Of a stretch of DNA of 64,000 nucleotides, positions 51,810 through 64,000 are shown piece by piece (positions within the stretch are counted from its first letter, which is position 1; the number at the start of each line of letters is the position of its first letter). Made by a program: the position numbers and the translations under genes. This DNA comes from Lophium mytilinum (Eukaryota): assembly GCA_010093605.1 (NCBI GenBank), contig MU004182.1:839032-903031 (forward strand). The letters run 5' to 3'. The notes below the pieces were generated by a model that was not told the DNA's origin, made no database searches, and saw only the letters and a list, made by a program, of their open reading frames with translations.

Positions 51810-52750
51810 TTTGAAAATTTGATTGGGGGATTAGTCGAAGGAGAGTAGTCAAAGGAGGATATGAGAAGAAGATCAAGAAGGGTGGTAATTCTGCGCGGTC
51901 CTTGATATCCCGAGCTGCGGGGAGGGGTTCAGTATTTGAAGGATTCCAGGCTATTGATGATGTGGGGATCGTGACGGGGTCAACTGCAGGGCATAGGCCG
52001 AATCACTTCCTCTGAATTGCCGATCCTTCACCACTCTTCGCTTTTCCTCCCGTTTGTATGACTCGCCGGATCGGTTGTTGACGCTTGAGCGGCCTACTTC
52101 TTGCTTTCTATCAAACTAGCATTGCAAGTGCTCCGCGATGGAACCGGACCCACTACAAGGCGGTTCACCGCTGCATGAGGAGCCTCGTAGTATCACTAGA
52201 TTTCCGAGTAAGGAAGAAGTTTGGCATTTTGGACAACGAGTAACTCGCGAGGCTACCCGGAAAGCATTAGCAGGGTGTACGCAGATCAGAAGTGTATTCA
52301 CCGGCCACGATTTCTAGTAGTACGGTGTAGTCCCATGAATAGTAGCAGGAAAGTGTACAGATGTCTATGACAAGGCACTGAAGACCGAAACCTGGAATTT
52401 CCAAACAACAAGCCGAAGTCCTGGTCATCCAAATGAAGGGATTGGCATGTGTTGTTTCCATCAGCGAGAGTCTGATGTGAGAATAGTGTTGGTGGCGTAC
52501 TCGCAAGCTCTGGCACGTGACTAGCCTTCTTTCACATGGGACCGCGATGGCTTGAACCTCGTGGGGGCCTATCATGACGCCGACGCAGCCAACGCTTCAG
52601 TATTTCTTCTATCGCTCGCCCGGAGAAAGCAAACACATGTTCGGACAAGTATCTGCTGTCTTTCCACGCATCCCGTCCCATCTCTCCGCGGCTGCGCCTC
52701 TTCGCCTCTCACGGCAGGCGCTGGCGATGACGCAGTAAAGCGTAGACTGC

Positions 52751-54558
52751 ATGGCAGCATTTGGTAAGAAGACAGCGAGGGGTGCGCGCAGAGCTCAGTC
52801 CACTAACACCTCGCAGACACTCCCTGGTTAGATCATATGTCCACTCCATCCCACCCAGCCGAAGATGGAGGTGCCTCTCCCCAGCCCAACGGGGATCCTA
52901 ATCCGCCCACCTTCGCTGCCTTCGCGCCAACGACTCTGGGACAGTCTACGCCTCACGCAAAGCTCCGATCTACCATTCTAGTACACCAAAAGTCGCCGCT
53001 GCTGGTCGCGACACCTCCACAAATCACCCGCGTACTAGCCTACTCGCATCCTTTCCTCGTCCCTCTCAACAAAGTCGTGGGCCTCCTCACCTGGACAACG
53101 GGGGATCCATGGGAAAGCTTCCTGCTCGTCGCAGCATTCTGGGCCATCACTATATACGGGGATGCTGTTATACGCTGGACAGGACCCTTGGTGGTGGTGT
53201 TCGGCCTCATATTTGGCATGTATGCGCGGCGGTATTCCCCATTGTCATCCACTGGTTGGATGGGAGAGAAAGGGCAGAAGGGACACAAACGAGCCGAGTC
53301 AGAAGGAAGCACGCGACATCACAAGAGCCTAGACGAGATTGTGGACACCCTCAAGCTGCTCACGTCGCGGTGTAACATACTCCTAGACCCAATGCTACGC
53401 TTGACCGACTTCCTCTCCACGCAGAGAACTGCCACCTCGGCAAGCACGAGACCCGCCCTTACAACTTTGTTCATCCGAATATCATTCGTCACACCCGTTT
53501 GGATCATCCTAACCTTACCACCGCTGTATATCATCACTACTAAGAGAGTCATTGTTACTTTTGGTACATTAGTCCTCAGTTGGCATTCGAGGCCCGCAAG
53601 GGTCTCACGGACGATACTATGGCGATCGAAAACCGTTAGGAGAGTCTGTACAACAATCACCGGCCTGGATTTCGGGGAACCGGTGCCGAAGAATAGCGAC
53701 GGGGCTCCTGCGTTGCCGAAAAGAACCAAGACGGCACAGGAGATCGCGGCGTCTCTAGTTGCAAAGCGACGACCAGACTCTCCAGGGATTCGATTCACTT
53801 TCACACTCTTCGAAAACCAACGGAGATGGCTTGGGATTGGATGGACCGCTTCTATGCTCGCTTACGAACGAGCCTCTTGGACAGATGAGCACCTCAATCC
53901 GGCCCCATCGAAGGACTCCTTCGATCTACCTGACGTCGAAGGAGGACATGCGAGATGGCGTTGGGCGGAAGAAAGCGAATGGCGAATCGACGGTTACAAT
54001 GATGACTCAAGTGACGATGAGAGCAAAAGAGCTGCCAAGGAGGAAGCGGCTGGATGGATTTACTATGATAATAAAGTGAGGCCACCAATCCAAATCCAGC
54101 TACGCCCCAAAAGATGCTAATTCACGTGTTAGTGGCGAGACGGACGGCGGGGTCTAGACGGTTGGGGCCGATACACGCGACGCAGGAAGTGGTGCAGAGA
54201 CGCAGAACTGGTAGAGGTCACCCCATCCACTGAGATAACACCCTCGCCAACGCCCAAGGTCAACCCAGCTGGAGACGTAGCTCTTCCAGACGTCGAATCA
54301 AGCCAATTGAGCGAGCCAACACCGGCAGGTGGTAAGGACATCGAAACGGCAAGCAGCAAATCCCGCAAACGGCGTTGGTTCAAAAAGAGCCATGACGAAG
54401 GGAAACCTCCCGGGAAACCTCCTAGCGATAAGAGCTCGACGATGGCGAGCTCGAGCAGCCTGGAGCTGAACGAGGAAGAAGACGTGCACTCGCCTCTGAA
54501 CCAGGATCGAGAGAACGAATGGGGTCTGAATGATGACATCCGAATGACTCTAGGGTAG
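52751..54558 (+). CDS. Pex23/Pex30-family peroxin (Pex24p domain plus dysferlin domain)
   Basis: A 13-nt first exon (52751-52763) splices to 52817 giving MAAFDTPW. Motifs LLTWT.GDPWESFL, FENQRRWLGIGW, GWIYYDNKW and RYTRRRKWCRDAEL. Intron at 54077-54132. Confidence 0.9.
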
Positions 54559-55237
54559 CCCTCGGGCATGTGGTGTGTATACGGGGTTTGTGCGTTGCAT
54601 GCTGCGAGCGCTCATTTGACGGACTCTCTCTCTATCAATGCTGTATCACCATTGTTGGCGGAACCTTTCGGCAGGCGGGTTTTTTCCGTTGTTGCATGTG
54701 TAGGACGTTGGGGAGCGGTTGGCATTCGACATAAAGCAGTAGCTTCTATAATCCAGCTAATGTATGATTTAGCGCTTCCTTCCGTCACTAGTATTCTCCC
54801 TAGTAGGCCCAGTTTTCTCCTACTCTTCCTCCCACTACCCATTCCTGTGTAGCAGACCGTAAAAGAAAGCCATGTTCCTTATTTGCACACCCCTATCCCT
54901 ACTCTACCTGCAGCGCCTTCGACGCGCTCATCACCAGCCCCCGCCAGCGTATAGGATCCAAAGGCGTCGTGCCGGCTCCGCATCCTGCACGACGCAGTGT
55001 GTGTGGCGTTGGTGCATGCTCGTGCTTCTCGTCATGTTGAGTCGTCGAGCGCCCCGCTTGGCGGTTGCACAGAACCCCACCGCGCGGCCTGCAGAACCGC
55101 GGCTGCGGAATTTGCTATCGCAGCGGCCATGACACATTGGCTCGGGGGCACGCTGGGTTGGCGGGGTTTTCCGGCGTTGTGCTTGCATATCGTACGTGAG
55201 GGGGTCGTGCCGTTGTTGGGGGAGGGAGGCGAGGATG

Positions 55238-55293
55238 TATAAAGGAGTGGGTGGGCTCCCCCTCCGGCTTTCTTTGTGCTGAGAGGTATAAGT
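55238..55293 (+). promoter_or_regulatory. TATA boxes and Ace1-type copper-response-like element upstream of metallothionein 1
   Basis: TATAAA near 55238 and TATAA near 55287. TTTGTGCTGA at 55273-55282 fits the yeast Ace1 consensus HTHNNGCTGD. Confidence 0.45.
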
Positions 55294-55376
55294 TGTTAAA
55301 GATATCAACCCAGTAACTATATATCACTCGATTGCAACCACTACTACGTCAGACGCTAAATATCAGTGCTATCATC

Positions 55377-55585
55377 ATGTCTCCGTGGTAAGAAGACCTG
55401 AACCCAGCTGAAGGGTCTTTTGTGTCATCCTCCGCATTGGCTAATCGAGCGCTGTAGTGATTGTTCCACCTGCTCTTGCAAAGGCGACTGCAATACTTGC
55501 AGCTGCAGCACTTGCGGCGTAAGTCTCGAGACTACCAGTGGGCTTCTATGGGATTGCAGCTAACAAAGAGGTTGGATAGCATTGA
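55377..55585 (+). CDS. Short fungal metallothionein, 25 aa (MSPCDCSTCSCKGDCNTCSCSTCGH)
   Basis: Exons 55377-55387, 55458-55518 and 55580-55585, with GTAAGA/GTAAGT donors, GCTAAT/GCTAAC branch sites and TAG acceptors. 8 Cys in CxC/CxxC spacing. Confidence 0.92.
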
Positions 55586-56202
55586 GCCCACAGAGCGTTC
55601 GCCGGTCATGAAAGACAAAGCGGCTCGGGTTGGAGGGAAGGGCGTTAGGGGTGCTTGTCAGCAATAGGGTGGATAGTTGACTCCACAGAGCCTGTACGGT
55701 CATTCATCCATGCGGAGGGAGTTTCGGTTTGTTCAAATCAAAACGGCCTCTTGAAAAGGGTATTTCAGTAACTGTATCATTCTGCGATTTTCGAGCGTGA
55801 GACTGACGATTCTTGCGTGATTGTGAAATAGACTGCAGTCTGTCAAGGCTGGAATGGTGTTACGCGTTGAGTCTTATTGAGGTTCATGTCACGTCAAAGC
55901 ACGTGGTCAAGGCAAGAGGTGGAACAAGGGGTTTGGTCAAGTGGATTTTATTGAGCCAAATCTAGTTTGCTGACGCCGTCGAGTGTATCCTCCTAGTTGT
56001 GTGCTAGCATCAAAAAGACATGTTTTTCTCGTCTGGGTATATTGAAAGCGGCACGCTCGAGTCGTGAAAGGAGTGAAGCCGAGGTGCAAGAGGGAGAGGA
56101 ACATGGCCCGTCGAGTTGTCGTTTTCAGAGGCGGGCCGGGAGAAGGGTTCTGCTAGGCAAGGAGAGGTACAGCGAGTGGAGGTTGGCGCGTGGTGAAGGG
56201 GT

Positions 56203-56328
56203 TTATTTCTGTTCAAGATGTCAGTGATTGTATACATGGGGGCGCGGTCAGATGGATAGGCTTACGCCGCAGGTGCAGCTTTCTCCGCATCCGCACTTGT
56301 CGCCGCAGGAGCATCCGTGGCCTGTCAT
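56203..56328 (-). CDS. Short fungal metallothionein, 22 aa (MTGHGCSCGDKCGCGESCTCGK)
   Basis: Exons 56328-56266 and 56208-56203, with a GTAAGC donor, ACTGAC branch site and CAG acceptor. Three CxC pairs; upstream TATAAA near 56465. Confidence 0.9.
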
Positions 56329-57212
56329 GTTTGCGAGTAATCGGGTGGTCTGGTTGAAAGAGAGAGGTTGGTGGAGTGTGTGTGCGTTGATGTTTGTAGT
56401 AGTAGTAAAGAGAATGTGTTCACTGTTGCTTGTTGTTCGAGGCAGAGAGGCGGGGTACTGGGTCTTTATATTGCCCCTCCAACGCACAGGCCGAGTGAGA
56501 TAGATTGAGCGAGATGTGCGGCGGCTAGGGCTTGGGCATCCACTTCTTTTGCCACTCGCCCCTCGCCATCCTTGGAAAATCCATTGCTTGGCCTTCTCTA
56601 AACAGGGCCATGCCACTCTTTCCAGGCTTCGACACGACCATCACAGCCCAATCAGCGCGTCAACGTTATGCTGAGCACGTTTTTGGTGCGTCCTGTGTCG
56701 CGGGGCTACGCATGGATGCATGTCATACCGAGGGGTGACTGGTTGCGGGCTTTGTGCGCGTGGAGCGGCAAGGTCACTCGGGAAGTCGGTTCTGTGACTG
56801 CGCTGTTTATGCTATCGTCTTGCTGTTTGCGGCACTCTGTTTTGCCCGAATTTGGGCGAAGTGGTGTGGAGCACTTTGAGAGGTTTCTGCGCTATGTTTG
56901 CTCTTACATACTAGGCTCCCTCAAACAGCGGCATACATGCGTACACGTACGGGAGCTTCTTCAAGAATAAGACGCGTGAACAGTAGATGTCCCGAGAAAC
57001 CCCCTTGGACCCTTCGAGGTTGCGGCCCGCTGCATGGCGTCCAACCCCTGACTCCACCACAATCGTTAACGCGGGGTAGGTAGATAACGCTCGTGAAACG
57101 CCATGAAGGCATTCTTATGGCATCGGTATGACGCTGGAATATCGAATAAGGTCAGTGCGGTGAGCATCTCGGCGGCGATGACAATCAATATCTTTCCCAT
57201 CTCTATTCCGCA

Positions 57213-58310
57213 ATGTCCAATGTCACAATGACTAGTATCACGTCTTCCTGCAACTGCGGGCTCTCCATCTTCTCTTTCTCCGTGCCAGATGAACTACTTC
57301 CCCTACCTACGGATCTCTGTCACTGCAACATATCCCGCCGCATCTCTGGCGCCCTGTGCACCACTTACGTCGACATTCCCCTCAAAACAGGGGACCCTGA
57401 ACCAGACCTAGACTCATTGACCGCGTACGCATCTTCCGATATTCTAACGCGCTACTTTTGCCCAACATGCGGCACGCACTTATACCTCAAGTACAACTCC
57501 AACGGCCACCTTTCCGTCTCAACCGGCAGTCTTGACCGAACCGATGGCGTGGTCAAGTTCAAAGGACACATGTGGATTTCAGATACGAAGGACGGTAGCG
57601 CGAGCGACCTCATCCCGTCAATCGACTTCACTCCACTGAAACGCTGGGCCAAGGAGGCCCTCAGCAGCCCCGAAATTCCTCTGGGCTGGAAGAATCCAGA
57701 GCCCAATCTCCCACCTTCCTCAACCGAGAAGCTCCGCGCCCACTGCCACTGCAATGGCGTGTCATTTTACATCTCCCGACCTAATACCGTCTCCTGCGCT
57801 GCTACCTCCCCCTTTCCGGATCTCCTCGTCCCCTATCACTCCTCCACATCACCTGCAAACCCCACTAATACCCCGTGGTGGCTACCCACGCCGACGCAGT
57901 ATCTGTCTGGTACATGCGCATGCACCTCGTGCCGCCGCAGCTCCGGCTTCGAAATCACGTGGTGGGCTTTTGTCCCAGCCGCCAACATCTCGCTGTCCGA
58001 TGGTAGCCCGTTTACGAGATACTTCGGCACCCAGACGGCATACCGCAGTGCGGACCACTGCGTGCGTACGTTTTGTAGCGTGTGTGGGTGTACGGTGTTT
58101 TGGGATGGAGATGAGAGGCCGAGTATTGTAGATGTGGCAATGGGGTTGCTGGATGCGCCAGAGGGAGCGAGGGCGGAGAAGTGGGTTAAGTGGTGTGATA
58201 CGAGGGTCAGTTTTGCGGAGTTGGGGAGGGCTGGGGGGTTGGTGAAAGGGTTGGAGGAGGGGTTGAGGAGGTATGGGGTTGAGAGGGACGAGAACGAGGT
58301 CAGTATGTAG
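57213..58310 (+). CDS. Tandem GFA/Mss4-like (CENP-V/GFA, DUF636) zinc-binding domain protein
   Basis: Two repeats of CxCxG...CxCxxxRR.SG...R.FCxxCG. 365-aa intronless ORF. Confidence 0.88.
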   Translation: MSNVTMTSITSSCNCGLSIFSFSVPDELLPLPTDLCHCNISRRISGALCTTYVDIPLKTGDPEPDLDSLTAYASSDILTRYFCPTCGTHLYLKYNSNGHLSVSTGSLDRTDGVVKFKGHMWISDTKDGSASDLIPSIDFTPLKRWAKEALSSPEIPLGWKNPEPNLPPSSTEKLRAHCHCNGVSFYISRPNTVSCAATSPFPDLLVPYHSSTSPANPTNTPWWLPTPTQYLSGTCACTSCRRSSGFEITWWAFVPAANISLSDGSPFTRYFGTQTAYRSADHCVRTFCSVCGCTVFWDGDERPSIVDVAMGLLDAPEGARAEKWVKWCDTRVSFAELGRAGGLVKGLEEGLRRYGVERDENEVSM

Positions 58311-58356
58311 TCCATGGATAGATCTGGTATAATTGAAGGCATGTAAAACGGCTTAA

Positions 58357-59726
58357 TTAGAATATCGCTAGTATGTTCGGCGGAGAAGCCACCCCGCCTG
58401 GTACCTATTGGAATATTAGCAAGGCCTCACATGCCAGATTGCGGGACATAACGAGAAGAATTCGAGAGATATCTACTCACATTACAGACCTCACTTGTTA
58501 CGAAGAAGGTATATCTCCCTGTCATCTGACAGTGCTCGGCCAATGCCTCCAGGTCAAACATCTCACCAATCGGACACCCCCATCCCGCAAGAAGAACCTC
58601 ATGAAGTAAGAAGTGAGTTTGGGACGCTATCATACCAAATCATTAGCTCTACACGATCCTCGCACAACACAACACAGGAAAAGCACTTACGCCAGCACTC
58701 AAAACTCGGTTGATCCCCCGCCACCGCCGCGAAATTCTCCCAAATCCACTCCAGCACCTCCTCGCTCTGCTCCACTCCTGAAAACGTCGGTGGCACAATC
58801 TTCGCTAAGCTCTGCAGCTCCGCCCGCGGCTTCGCGTTGTACGCGACCATGTACCCTGAGCGTATAATCAGGATGTCGCCGAACTTGAAGGAGACGCCTT
58901 GAGCTTCGGCGACGGCTTTGAGGTGCGCAAGGGGAATCGTGTCGGTTTGGAAGGGGTCGTATGAGATGTTGTGGGCGGTACGCCAGGCGTGGTAGTCCAG
59001 GAGGACGCCGCGGCCGACGATGCCATGGTCGGACCAGGCCGTCGGCGTAAGAAAGGGTGATCAGGAAATGTTAAGGGCGGTGAGACGAACCTTGGATACC
59101 GTTGACGGTCGAGGCTGGATCGTCGTGGATGTCAGACATGGTGACGCCGTTGTAAAATTGGGCTTCTTTTTGGTACGCGAAGTGGCGGAGGCCGTCCCCT
59201 GGCTCTTTTAGGGGGCGTGCTGGGTCGTTTGGGGAGTATACTCACATTGACTGCTGCTTTGGGTGTTGAAGGACCATGTGTCGTCGTTTACGGTTCTTGG
59301 GGGCTTTGCGTAGACGTGTTTGTGGAAGGTTTGGCGGCCGAAGAAGGGGATGTCTTTCTGAGCGTCTAGGGGCCAGTTGAGGGAGATTCTTTGGAGAAAA
59401 TTTAATCAGAATTGAAAGATATAGACCGTGAGAACAGGAAGGAGAATGAAAATGATATGAATGATAGACTCGTAGCTGAGAATACTTTACTACAAAGTGA
59501 TACAGCGCCTACCTCTTGCCAGACTGTATTTCCTTAGCTGCCTCGAGTACCACCTCGTCCGTAAGGCGGTTCAAGAAGCCTAGTTGATCATCTTTACCAT
59601 ACCTACAGCCATCAGCTCCTACGTAGTCTATTATGAGGAGAAGACATACAGCCCCCAAGCTGACCTGAACGGGTCGTCTTTCTTCAAAGGGAGCTCGGAG
59701 TATTTGGGGAGTTTATCCATCTTCAT
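58357..59726 (-). CDS. Putative cyclase / kynurenine formamidase-like metal-dependent hydrolase
   Basis: SAWGLYGKDDQLGFLNRL, NDDTWSFNTQSSSQWDGLRHF, GIVGRGVLLDY, GDILIIRSG, HEVLLAGWGCPIGEMFDLE and VPGGVASPPNILAIF. About 8 exons. Confidence 0.9.
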
Positions 59727-59912
59727 ATGGGCGGTTGAGATATATTCTACGGATTCTGCAATCGTTCAGGAACACTTGTATCCAGAGATGACTTAACATC
59801 ATGGGTTGAAGTGGGGTGGACCTGGGAACGCGGCGTGAGTGGGAACGCGCTTCAGTTGGCGACTAAGAATCTCCGACCTTCTCCGTCACCCCAATGCGCT
59901 CCCTGCGCACCT

Positions 59913-61572
59913 ATGTCTCTCTTGCGAGAAGCAGAAAGATTTCTAGCTTCCGCCGCCAGACAGAAGCATCTCAATGCCTTCATAAGTCTGCCTGATATTT
60001 CTGCGCTTTTGCGACAGGTCCAAGACGCGGAGGACACTGGTGACAAAGGTAAGTAGACTCATTGCTCAACATCACTTCGAAAATAACATCTCTAACGTTT
60101 CCTAGACTCACTCAATGGCAAACTTATAGCCATCAAGGACAACATATGTACCTCCGACCTTCCTACCACCGCCGCTTCTGGTATCCTCAAATCCTTCACG
60201 AGTCCCTATGATGCGACTGTCGTGCAGCAGCTCCGCGCTGCTGGCGGCGTCATTGCCGGAAAGACGAATATGGATGAATTTGGAATGGGATCACACTCCA
60301 CTCGTTCCATATTCGGAGAAGTATGTCAAGAAACACGAAGTGACAGACGCGTGTCTGCAGGCGGAAGCTCTGGAGGAAGCGCTGTAGCGGTTGCAAGGCA
60401 TAATTGTTGGGCGTATGTAATGCTTCGCCTCAAAGCAAAACCACCAGCTCACATATGTATAGGGCTCTGGGTACAGATACAGGCGGCAGCGTAAGGCTCC
60501 CCGCAGCATATACTGGGACGATAGGCTTCAAGCCTTCGTACGGCCTCATTTCGCGTTGGGGCGTAATTGCATATGCCAATTCTCTAGATACGGTTGGCAT
60601 ATTTGCCAGAGGCGCACATGATGCTCAGACCGTTTTCAGTGAGTCTATCTAGTCAGTTAGCGATGATGGTAAGCTGCTGATATAAGACTAGACGCACTGA
60701 ATGTCCATGATCCTCGAGACCCCACTAGTCTCCCACCATCCACTCGATCTCGCATTGCTTCCGTACTAGCCAAACGCCCACTGGAATGGCCACCATCTAA
60801 GCCCTCTCCACCCCCGGGATTGGTTGGGCCAATGCCTCCCCTCCGCATTGGTGTACCCATCGAGTACAATATAGCAGAGTTACAACCCGAGGTGCGAGCT
60901 GCGTGGATGCAGACGCTTCGAATTCTTGCCGATAACGGGCATAGCATCCACCAGGTGTCGCTCCCAACCACGCGTCACGCGCTATCTGCCTACTATGTGC
61001 TCGCTCCCGCAGAAGCCTCCTCTAACCTTGCGAAATACGATGGTGTGCGATACGGCAGCCGAGCGCCTGGGTCTGATGCCTCGCCCGAAACGAAGAGCGT
61101 CCTGTTTGCAAAGACGCGTGGCGAAGGCTTCGGTGATGAAGTCAAGAGGAGGATTCTTCTTGGCGCATACACATTGAGCGCCGATGCCATTGACAACTAC
61201 TTCATAAAAGCGCAGAAGGTCCGAAGATTGGTCCAACAAGATTTCGATCGCGTGTTCGCTCTACCGAATCCGCTCTTGGATGACCAGCCGGCCAATGGGG
61301 AGAACAAGAAAGTAGACCTTCTCATCTGTCCTACTGCGCCCACGCTTCCGCCTACCCTGAAATCGCTGGAAGGCCAATCTCCTGTTGACGCATACATCAA
61401 TGATGTCTTCACCGTACCAGCAAGCCTAGCAGGACTCCCGGCCGTGAGCTTTCCGGTGGAGTGCGTGGTCGATGGAGTAGCGATAAAGGTAGGAATTCAA
61501 GCAATTGGGCAATACGGAGATGACCATCTCGTTCTTAACGTTGCGTCGCATTGTGGAATATTACAATCGTAA
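59913..61572 (+). CDS. HER2: Mitochondrial glutamyl-tRNA(Gln) amidotransferase subunit A (GatA/Her2)
   Basis: [57 protein letters not shown] and [13 protein letters not shown]. 4 exons. Confidence 0.94.
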
Positions 61573-62202
61573 ATATGTAGACCATCGTAGATATTATTGT
61601 AAAGGCTGACTACAACCGCCGTTTTAATTTCTGAAGTTCCTTATATGCATTTTAATTTAATGCTTGCTCAACGCACTCTTTTCTCGAAAAACGATTATCA
61701 ATAGAGCTTCCAATCAGTCGATTTTGCTCGAATTAGAAGATGTTCAGGGAATGTGGCTACGCGCTGGTCCCAATGAAGCCTAGTTCATTCTCGAGCGACG
61801 TCCCTGACATCCAACCCAACCTTACCCTTCAACGTCTTCTCAAAGCTTCCCAAATATGATCGGTTTTTCTAGAAACTGCCTGGAGTCTGCCTCATGTCCC
61901 AAACGGGGAGCGGCTCAAACGCCAAACTCGATAACCAACAACACTCTCGGCGCCTACCGTTTCAGCGCCGCTAACGATTGGCTGCGCACTCTCGTACTAC
62001 CTAGTCGCGACCCGATGCAGCGGTTATCACGATGGAAATAGGAACCACTTTGGCGCTGCTGTGCCTCTTTTCCTGTAGCCTTTTATCTACAGGCAGGCCG
62101 CCCCAAATCTGGCTGTAACACTAACGCTGCGAACTGTCGTTCTCTTCTTCGCGAGCAGTTATCCTCTCACTCTTATCCACATTTCCCTCCGTAAACGCAA
62201 CA

Positions 62203-64000
62203 ATGGGTAACGTCGTGGCTAGAACTTGGCGGAGCCGCACATTGAGCACCGTACCTCTAGAAATTTCGTATCCAAATGCGTCACTTCCACCCTCAAGGTC
62301 TTCGACTGGCCACGAAGACGATGACGAGAAGTCTTGGCAGGATCTCCCTCGAATGGAGAGCTGGCCGAAAAAGGCCAGCCAATTGAAGCAGCGCAATTGG
62401 GTTTCCTATCTGTATCTCTTAGTAGACCTTTTATTGGTATTGCTACCAGTATTTTTCATCTGTAGGTGTTTTTAATACTCAGACATTAAGAAGCGTGTCT
62501 GACCCACCGACAGTGTTAGGTATTGCCGTAATCACTCTTCATCGGAAGCCCACAAAAGGAAGTTCATTTGGTACCAAAGTAGAGTTTGCAACTCAGCTTG
62601 TAGGTGCTACTAACTGCCATAGTGACGTTGCTAATTTGCACTAGGGTCCTACCATCTTTCCGATACTGTTCGCTGCAATCATTGGCCGCAGTATGAAGAT
62701 GATTGCTCGATATCTCGCCGAGAAGGGAGCAAAGCTCAGCGTACGTCCTAGTAATGTATTTTGTTGGAGTAGAGCTATACTGACTTAGTGTTGCAGACCT
62801 TGGAACTGTTGATGGCGAGCCAGTCTGTCTGGGGGACCGTCGAGAGTCAATTCTTGATGAGACGCCTCACTGTCGTGGGGGCTCACTTACTTATTCTTTG
62901 GTCCCTTTCCCCTTTAGGCGGTCAGGCCTCGTTGCGATTGCTCGGGACCGCCGGCGAGGCCAACAATACGTCGCACAAGATTCGATACTTGACCACTGGT
63001 CCTGGCGGGACGCTATGGGGACTTGAAACTGGGTTCGCTGGAGACCAAGTAGCCGCTGATGTGGATGCTTTGTACACCGCAGCTCTTCTTGCTCCTAATT
63101 CAATCAAATTGGGCCCACAGGACACCTGGGGGAACGTCAAGATTCCGTCAATGGTTTCACTAAATGAGTCGACCGCTGATGCTGATGGGTGGATCAGTAC
63201 GCCGATTTCGATGGCAGCCGCCGAAGACTACTCTTCCCTGATGGGACTACCGGTTGTGGGGCGACCTCTAAACGCAAACGCGAACTTCAGCATGGAGTCT
63301 ACATATCTGTCCGTACAGTGTAGCAAGTTCACACAACCGCTTTACCCGAATCCTTTCCATACTATCGACCTATCTGTGGATCCCGTTCAGCTTTCTCGCT
63401 TGATATCAGGGCTCATTCAGAGAGATCTCGGTTCAGACTACAATCCCCTTAAAGGGACAACATTCTTTATGGACACCGATCTACCACTCTACGCCGTCGG
63501 CAGCCCCAATTTATCCGAAGACGATGACCTTGCGCAAATTCGAGCCGAAGGTTTTGTCGGTTTCTTTAACTCATCTGCATCAGCATCAAAGAACGCATCG
63601 GTAACCGCCCGGAGAAACTTGATCTTCGGATCTGTATTTGTCTCTAAAGCAGAGAACTCGACGTTCAGCATTAACAGGGCAAACTGCGAGCTTACGCAAC
63701 ACCACGTTGAATCCGCAGTGGAGTGCGTCAAGGATCAATGCAGTGTCAAAAAGATTAGAAGGTCTCTCACAGATAAACGTCCATCAGAGTATACTGCTTT
63801 CGATACCTATAGTGTAGCCAGTGAGTTTGTTAAGAATTTGGCGAAGGGTCAGAATCGACCCCGCGGATCGTCGCCGACAGAGAGATTCCTGTCCAACTCT
63901 ACTGCGTTTCCATTCTTACAAACAGCCGACTACACAGCTGGGTATTTGAAGGATGATGAGGTGTTTACGGACCTATCCAAAGTGCCAATCGATACTTTCT
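62203..64000 (+). CDS. Fungal-specific hypothetical membrane protein, multi-exon, 3' truncated by the window
   Basis: Spliced frame GPTIFPILFAAIIGRSMK...LELLMASQSVWG...LWSLSPLGGQASLRLL...DTWGNVKIP...YSSLMGLP. The frame stays open to the window end. Confidence 0.8.

Noticed and set aside
56223..56237. TGTATACAATCACTG in the metallothionein-2 intron, a 13/15 match to the shared motif
   Set aside because: The intron is only 57 nt, the match overlaps the branch site and there is no hairpin; probably coincidence.

Overview
Gene-dense 64 kb of a filamentous ascomycete nuclear genome (Pezizomycotina, plausibly a Dothideomycete; the taxon is inferred). Most introns are short GT-AG introns with CTAAC/CTGAC branch sites. 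About 27 genes can be reconstructed. They include DBP2, a THI20-like gene, eIF3k, TSR4/PDCD2, SWP1, a kinase, AP180, nudC, mitochondrial AspRS, a PuuE-like deacetylase, a C45 hydrolase, VIP1, UTP21, an AltA1-like protein, a TRF4-like polymerase, an MFS permease, a Pex23/Pex30-family peroxin, a GFA-domain protein, a cyclase and GatA. Several elements are invisible to the ORF track: (i) an identical 18-nt sequence, within a ~24-nt near-identical block, on the 5' arm of long fold-backs in enlarged introns of two unrelated genes 20 kb apart, a candidate family of intronic microRNA-like or structured RNAs with a possible diverged third copy; (ii) an intronic box C/D snoRNA with a U44-type 18S guide; (iii) two convergent, intron-split 22-25 aa metallothionein genes; (iv) a ~700-nt hairpin-dense intergenic region; (v) a decayed HET-domain relic, two genes each with a single in-frame stop, and two GC-AG introns. 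All splicing and folding was done by eye and needs confirmation.
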